The translations under genes and the position numbers were made by a program. Positions 60,557-64,000 of a stretch of DNA of 64,000 nucleotides are shown here, in pieces. The notes beneath the pieces are model-generated. The model was not told the DNA's origin, did no database searches, and saw nothing but the letters and a program-made list of their open reading frames with translations. Each line of letters opens with the position of its first letter. Within the stretch, counting starts at the first letter, position 1. Source of the stretch: Octopus sinensis (Eukaryota); assembly GCF_006345805.1 (NCBI RefSeq), contig NC_043026.1, positions 14,921,579-14,985,578 on the forward strand, written 5' to 3'.

Positions 60557-62800
60557 GTATGTATATTGCCATCTTCTATGCTATACACCATTTCTCATTT
60601 CTACTCACTCTCTCTCTCTCTCTTTCCATATATATCATCTGAACGTGGCTGTTGCCAGCACCGCCCCGACTGGCCTCTGTGCCAGCACCGTCCGATTGTG
60701 GCCGTTACCATCCTCGCCTGGCACCCGTGCTAGTGGGACGTAAAAAGCACCATCCGATCGTGGCCGTTTGCCAGCCTCATCTGGCACCTGTGCGGGTGGC
60801 ACGTAAAAAGCACCCACTACACTCACGGAGTGGTTGGCGTTAGGAAGGGCATCCAGCCGTAGAAACATTGCCAGATCAGACTGGGCCTGGTGCAGCCTTC
60901 TGGCTTCCCAGACCCCAGTTGAACCGTCCAACCCATGCCAGCATGGAAAGCGGACGCTAAACGAAGATGATGATGGAACCAGTATTTTATGAGCAGATAC
61001 CTTCTTCTGAACAATCCTCCCAGTTTTTCAAGTTTCTGATGTTTCTGCTTGATCCCGCTGGTCATCACACATCAAATGTGCAAAGCCTCCGGACATTTTG
61101 TGCACCAGCGATGCAGACGTGGCCTCACTGCTTTTTGCTTCTGTTTCATGTGGAGAAATCACACACGAAATCGATCAACATCAATGGAATTTGTAGTTGT
61201 GATACCAGTGCCGGTTGCACGTAAGAGAACCATCCGAACGTGGCCATAGCCAGCGCCGCCTCGACTGGCCTCTGTGCCAGTGACACATAAAAAGCACCAT
61301 CCGATCATGGCCATTGCCAGCCTCGTCTGGCCTCTGTGCCCGTGGCACGTAAAAAGCACCATCCGATTGTGGGCATTGCCAGGCTTGCCTGGCCCCGTGC
61401 CGGTGGGACGTGAAAAGCACCATCCGATCGTGGCCGTTTGCCAGCCTTGCCTGGCACCCGTGCCCGTGGGACGTGAAAAGCACCATCCGATCGTGGCCGT
61501 TTGCACGTAAAAAGCACCCACTACACTCACGGAGTGGTTGGTGTTAGGAAAGGCATCCAGCCGTAGAAACATTGCCAGATCAGACTGGGCCTGGTGCAGC
61601 CTTCTGGCTTCCCAGATCCCGGTCGAACCATCCAACCCATGGTAGCATGGAAAGCGGACGCTAAACGATGATGATGATGATGATGATGATGTGCATGCAT
61701 GTATGCAAACGTATGCATGTGTGTAAATGTGTGCATATGTGTGTGTGTGTGTGCGTGTGTTTGCGTGTGTGTGTGTGTGTGTGTTTGTCCGTGTGTGTGT
61801 GTGTGCGTGTGTTTTACGAGTGTTCCCCCTGTCACATCTTCACCATCTTCTCTCCCCTTCTCCCTTCCGTTTCCCCCCCTCTTTCTCATCCACTACATCC
61901 CGCCCCCTATTTCTCTCCCTCGGTTCTTACTCTAACCTTTCCTCATCTGGTTCCAAACCCCTTCTCTCCCTCGTGGGGGTGGGTGGGTCTTTTTGTTGCA
62001 AGTTACGGTGGGGAGGGGGGCGCTGTGACCTCACTGTCGCCAGTGTCACGTACAAAAGCACCCAGTCCACTCTCTGAAGGGGTGGCCATTAGGAATGGCA
62101 TCCGGCTGTGGAAAACAAACCGAAGCAGGCATCGGAACTCAGTGTAGCTTTCCAGCTTGTTTGGATATTGTTGAAGCATCTAAGCCATTCCAGCAGACGA
62201 GGCTGGCAATGGCCACGATCGGATGGTGCTTTTTATGTGCCACCGGCATGGAGGCCAGGCGAGGCTGGCAACGGCCACGATTGGATGGTGCTTTTTATGT
62301 GCCACCGGCATGGAGGCCAGGTGAGGCTGGCAACGGCCACGATCGGATGGTGCTTTTTACGTGCCACCGGCATGGAAGCCAGTCGGGGCGGCGCTGGCAA
62401 CGGCCACGTTCGGATGGTTCTCTTATGTGCCACCGGCACTGGTATCACAGCTACAATTTCCATTGGATGATATATATAAACATTACCAACCGCGTATATT
62501 TAACATACATGCTTCATATATTTGCTGTTAGGTTGGGGCTTGGCGAGGCCTTAAGACACCCAAGAACCATGACCAGGTGAGAGAACTCATCGCTAATTCA
62601 ATCTGGGAGAGAGGGGACATTGATGCTTCACCATTTTTGGCCTCAAAAATAGCAAAACATCCAAGTCCTAGATTGGATTAGCAGTGAGTTATCTCACCTG
62701 CTGATGACTCTCAGGTGTTTCAACACCTGATGCTTTGGTCATGGTGATGATGATGACATATACAACTGCTTCTTTTTTTCTCTCTTTCTTCTCTGTCCAG

Positions 62801-62881
62801 GTTCGAATCTTCAAGTTTCTCACAGGTAAACTCTCCAAAGTGTTTGACGAGTCCCTGGAACGAGTCACGGCTGTTCAACAG
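62801..62881 (+). CDS. PPWD1: PPWD1 exon: VRIFKFLTGKLSKVFDESLERVTAVQQ
   Basis: Matches PPWD1 VRIFRFVTGKLMRVFDESL. Canonical splice sites, phase 0->0. Confidence 0.95.
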
Positions 62882-63026
62882 GTATGTGAACCATGCAACT
62901 ATTGGAGGTGGTGTCGGGTATTGTTGGGGGGGGGGGATTTTGTGGATGTTGGGGTGTGGGGTGGAGGGAGGTGTTATGTCTTTTCCTGTTTCATTACATC
63001 CCTTCAGCTGAAATTGTCTCTTGGGT

Positions 63027-63058
<32 letters not shown>

Positions 63059-63716
63059 GGTGGTGGTGGTAGTAGTAGTAGTAGAAGTAGTGGTAGTAGT
63101 TGTAGTAGAAGTAGAAGTAGTGGTAGTAGTTGTAGTGGTAGTGGTAGTAGTAGTAGTTGTAGTAGTGGTAGTAGTTTCTTCTACTATAGCCTCGGGCCGA
63201 CCAAAGCCTTGTGAGTGGATTTGGTAGACGGAAACTGAAAGAAGCCCGTCGTATATATGTATATATATATGTGTGTGCGTATGTTTGTGTGTCTGTATTT
63301 GTCCCCCCTAGCATTGCTTGACACCCGATGCTGGTGTGTTTACGTCCCTGTTACTTAGCGGTTCGGCAAAAGAGACCGATAGAATAAGAACTGGGCTTAC
63401 AAAAAGAATAAGTCCCGGGGTAGATTTGCTCGACTAAAGGCGGTGCTCCAGCATGGCCGCAGTCAAATGACTGAAACAAGTAAAAGAGCAAAAGAGTAAA
63501 ATTGATACTTTAATAAGCACAGATTTAATACTCCTATCTGCTCGGATTTAATAAACCGATATGCACAAATTTCATACACCAATCTGCATAGATTTCATAA
63601 CATATTTCCCGTTATTCCATGTTATTCTAATTCCTCTCTTCCAATTGTATTTCCTTTTAACCATAGTTTTTCTGTTTCTGTTTTCTCCTCTCCAACCATG
63701 GCCACCTCTCCTGAAG

Positions 63717-63810
63717 ATCAAGCAACAACTTCCCAACATGGAATTCGGCCGACGTATGGCCGTGGAACGAGATTTAGAGAAGTCGACCTCTTTCAGGAAT
63801 TGCAACATTG
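63717..63810 (+). CDS. PPWD1: PPWD1 exon: [31 protein letters not shown]
   Basis: Matches PPWD1 [20 protein letters not shown]. Acceptor cctgaag, donor GTGAGT, phase 0->1. The gene continues beyond the window. Confidence 0.95.
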
Positions 63811-64000
63811 GTGAGTGTTGGTGAAGGGGAGGAGGGGTGATGGTGGTGGTGGTGGTTGATATTTGTGGTGGTGTTGGTGGTGATGTTCGTTAAGAATAGT
63901 TCTGTAGGACTGCAGCTGGTCCAGATAGGCTCATTTTCAACAATCATCATCATCATCATCATTTAACGTCCGCTTTCCATGCTAGCATGGGTTGGACGGT

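Noticed and set aside
28-63962. Most ORF-track entries (YI-, HT-, CV-, poly-G/V/T/H-rich and SINE-derived ORFs)
   Set aside because: They are translations of microsatellites or high-copy SINEs with no splice or homology support.

Overview
Eukaryotic, repeat-dense genomic DNA, very likely an octopus (inferred from the SINE families and a cephalopod-type 5S sequence). Most entries in the ORF track are microsatellite artefacts. Two spliced + strand genes were reconstructed by splice-site and phase continuity. (1) A partial, unidentified coiled-coil-rich protein gene with 14 exons from 104 to 45585 (about 600 codons, no start or stop seen). (2) Six internal exons of PPWD1 (WD40 region, 56100-63810). 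A 100-N gap at 45906-46005 separates them. The introns hold at least four SINE families (several amplified into tandem arrays), a decayed DD34D mariner, hAT MITEs, Helentron-like elements, CR1 and RTE fragments, R4/Dong-type retroposons nested in a (TAA)n tract and a dispersed 5S rRNA copy. The most notable signal is about 12 minimal type I hammerhead-ribozyme motifs (CUGANGA...GAAA-palindrome-UH) from several sequence families. They sit in short non-coding Penelope-pLTR/retrozyme-like elements, including a 925-bp palindrome with one motif per arm and a 356-bp-period tandem element. Minimal hammerheads in Penelope-like elements are known in animals, so any novelty lies in these families, their density and their architectures. 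All folding and counts were done by eye.
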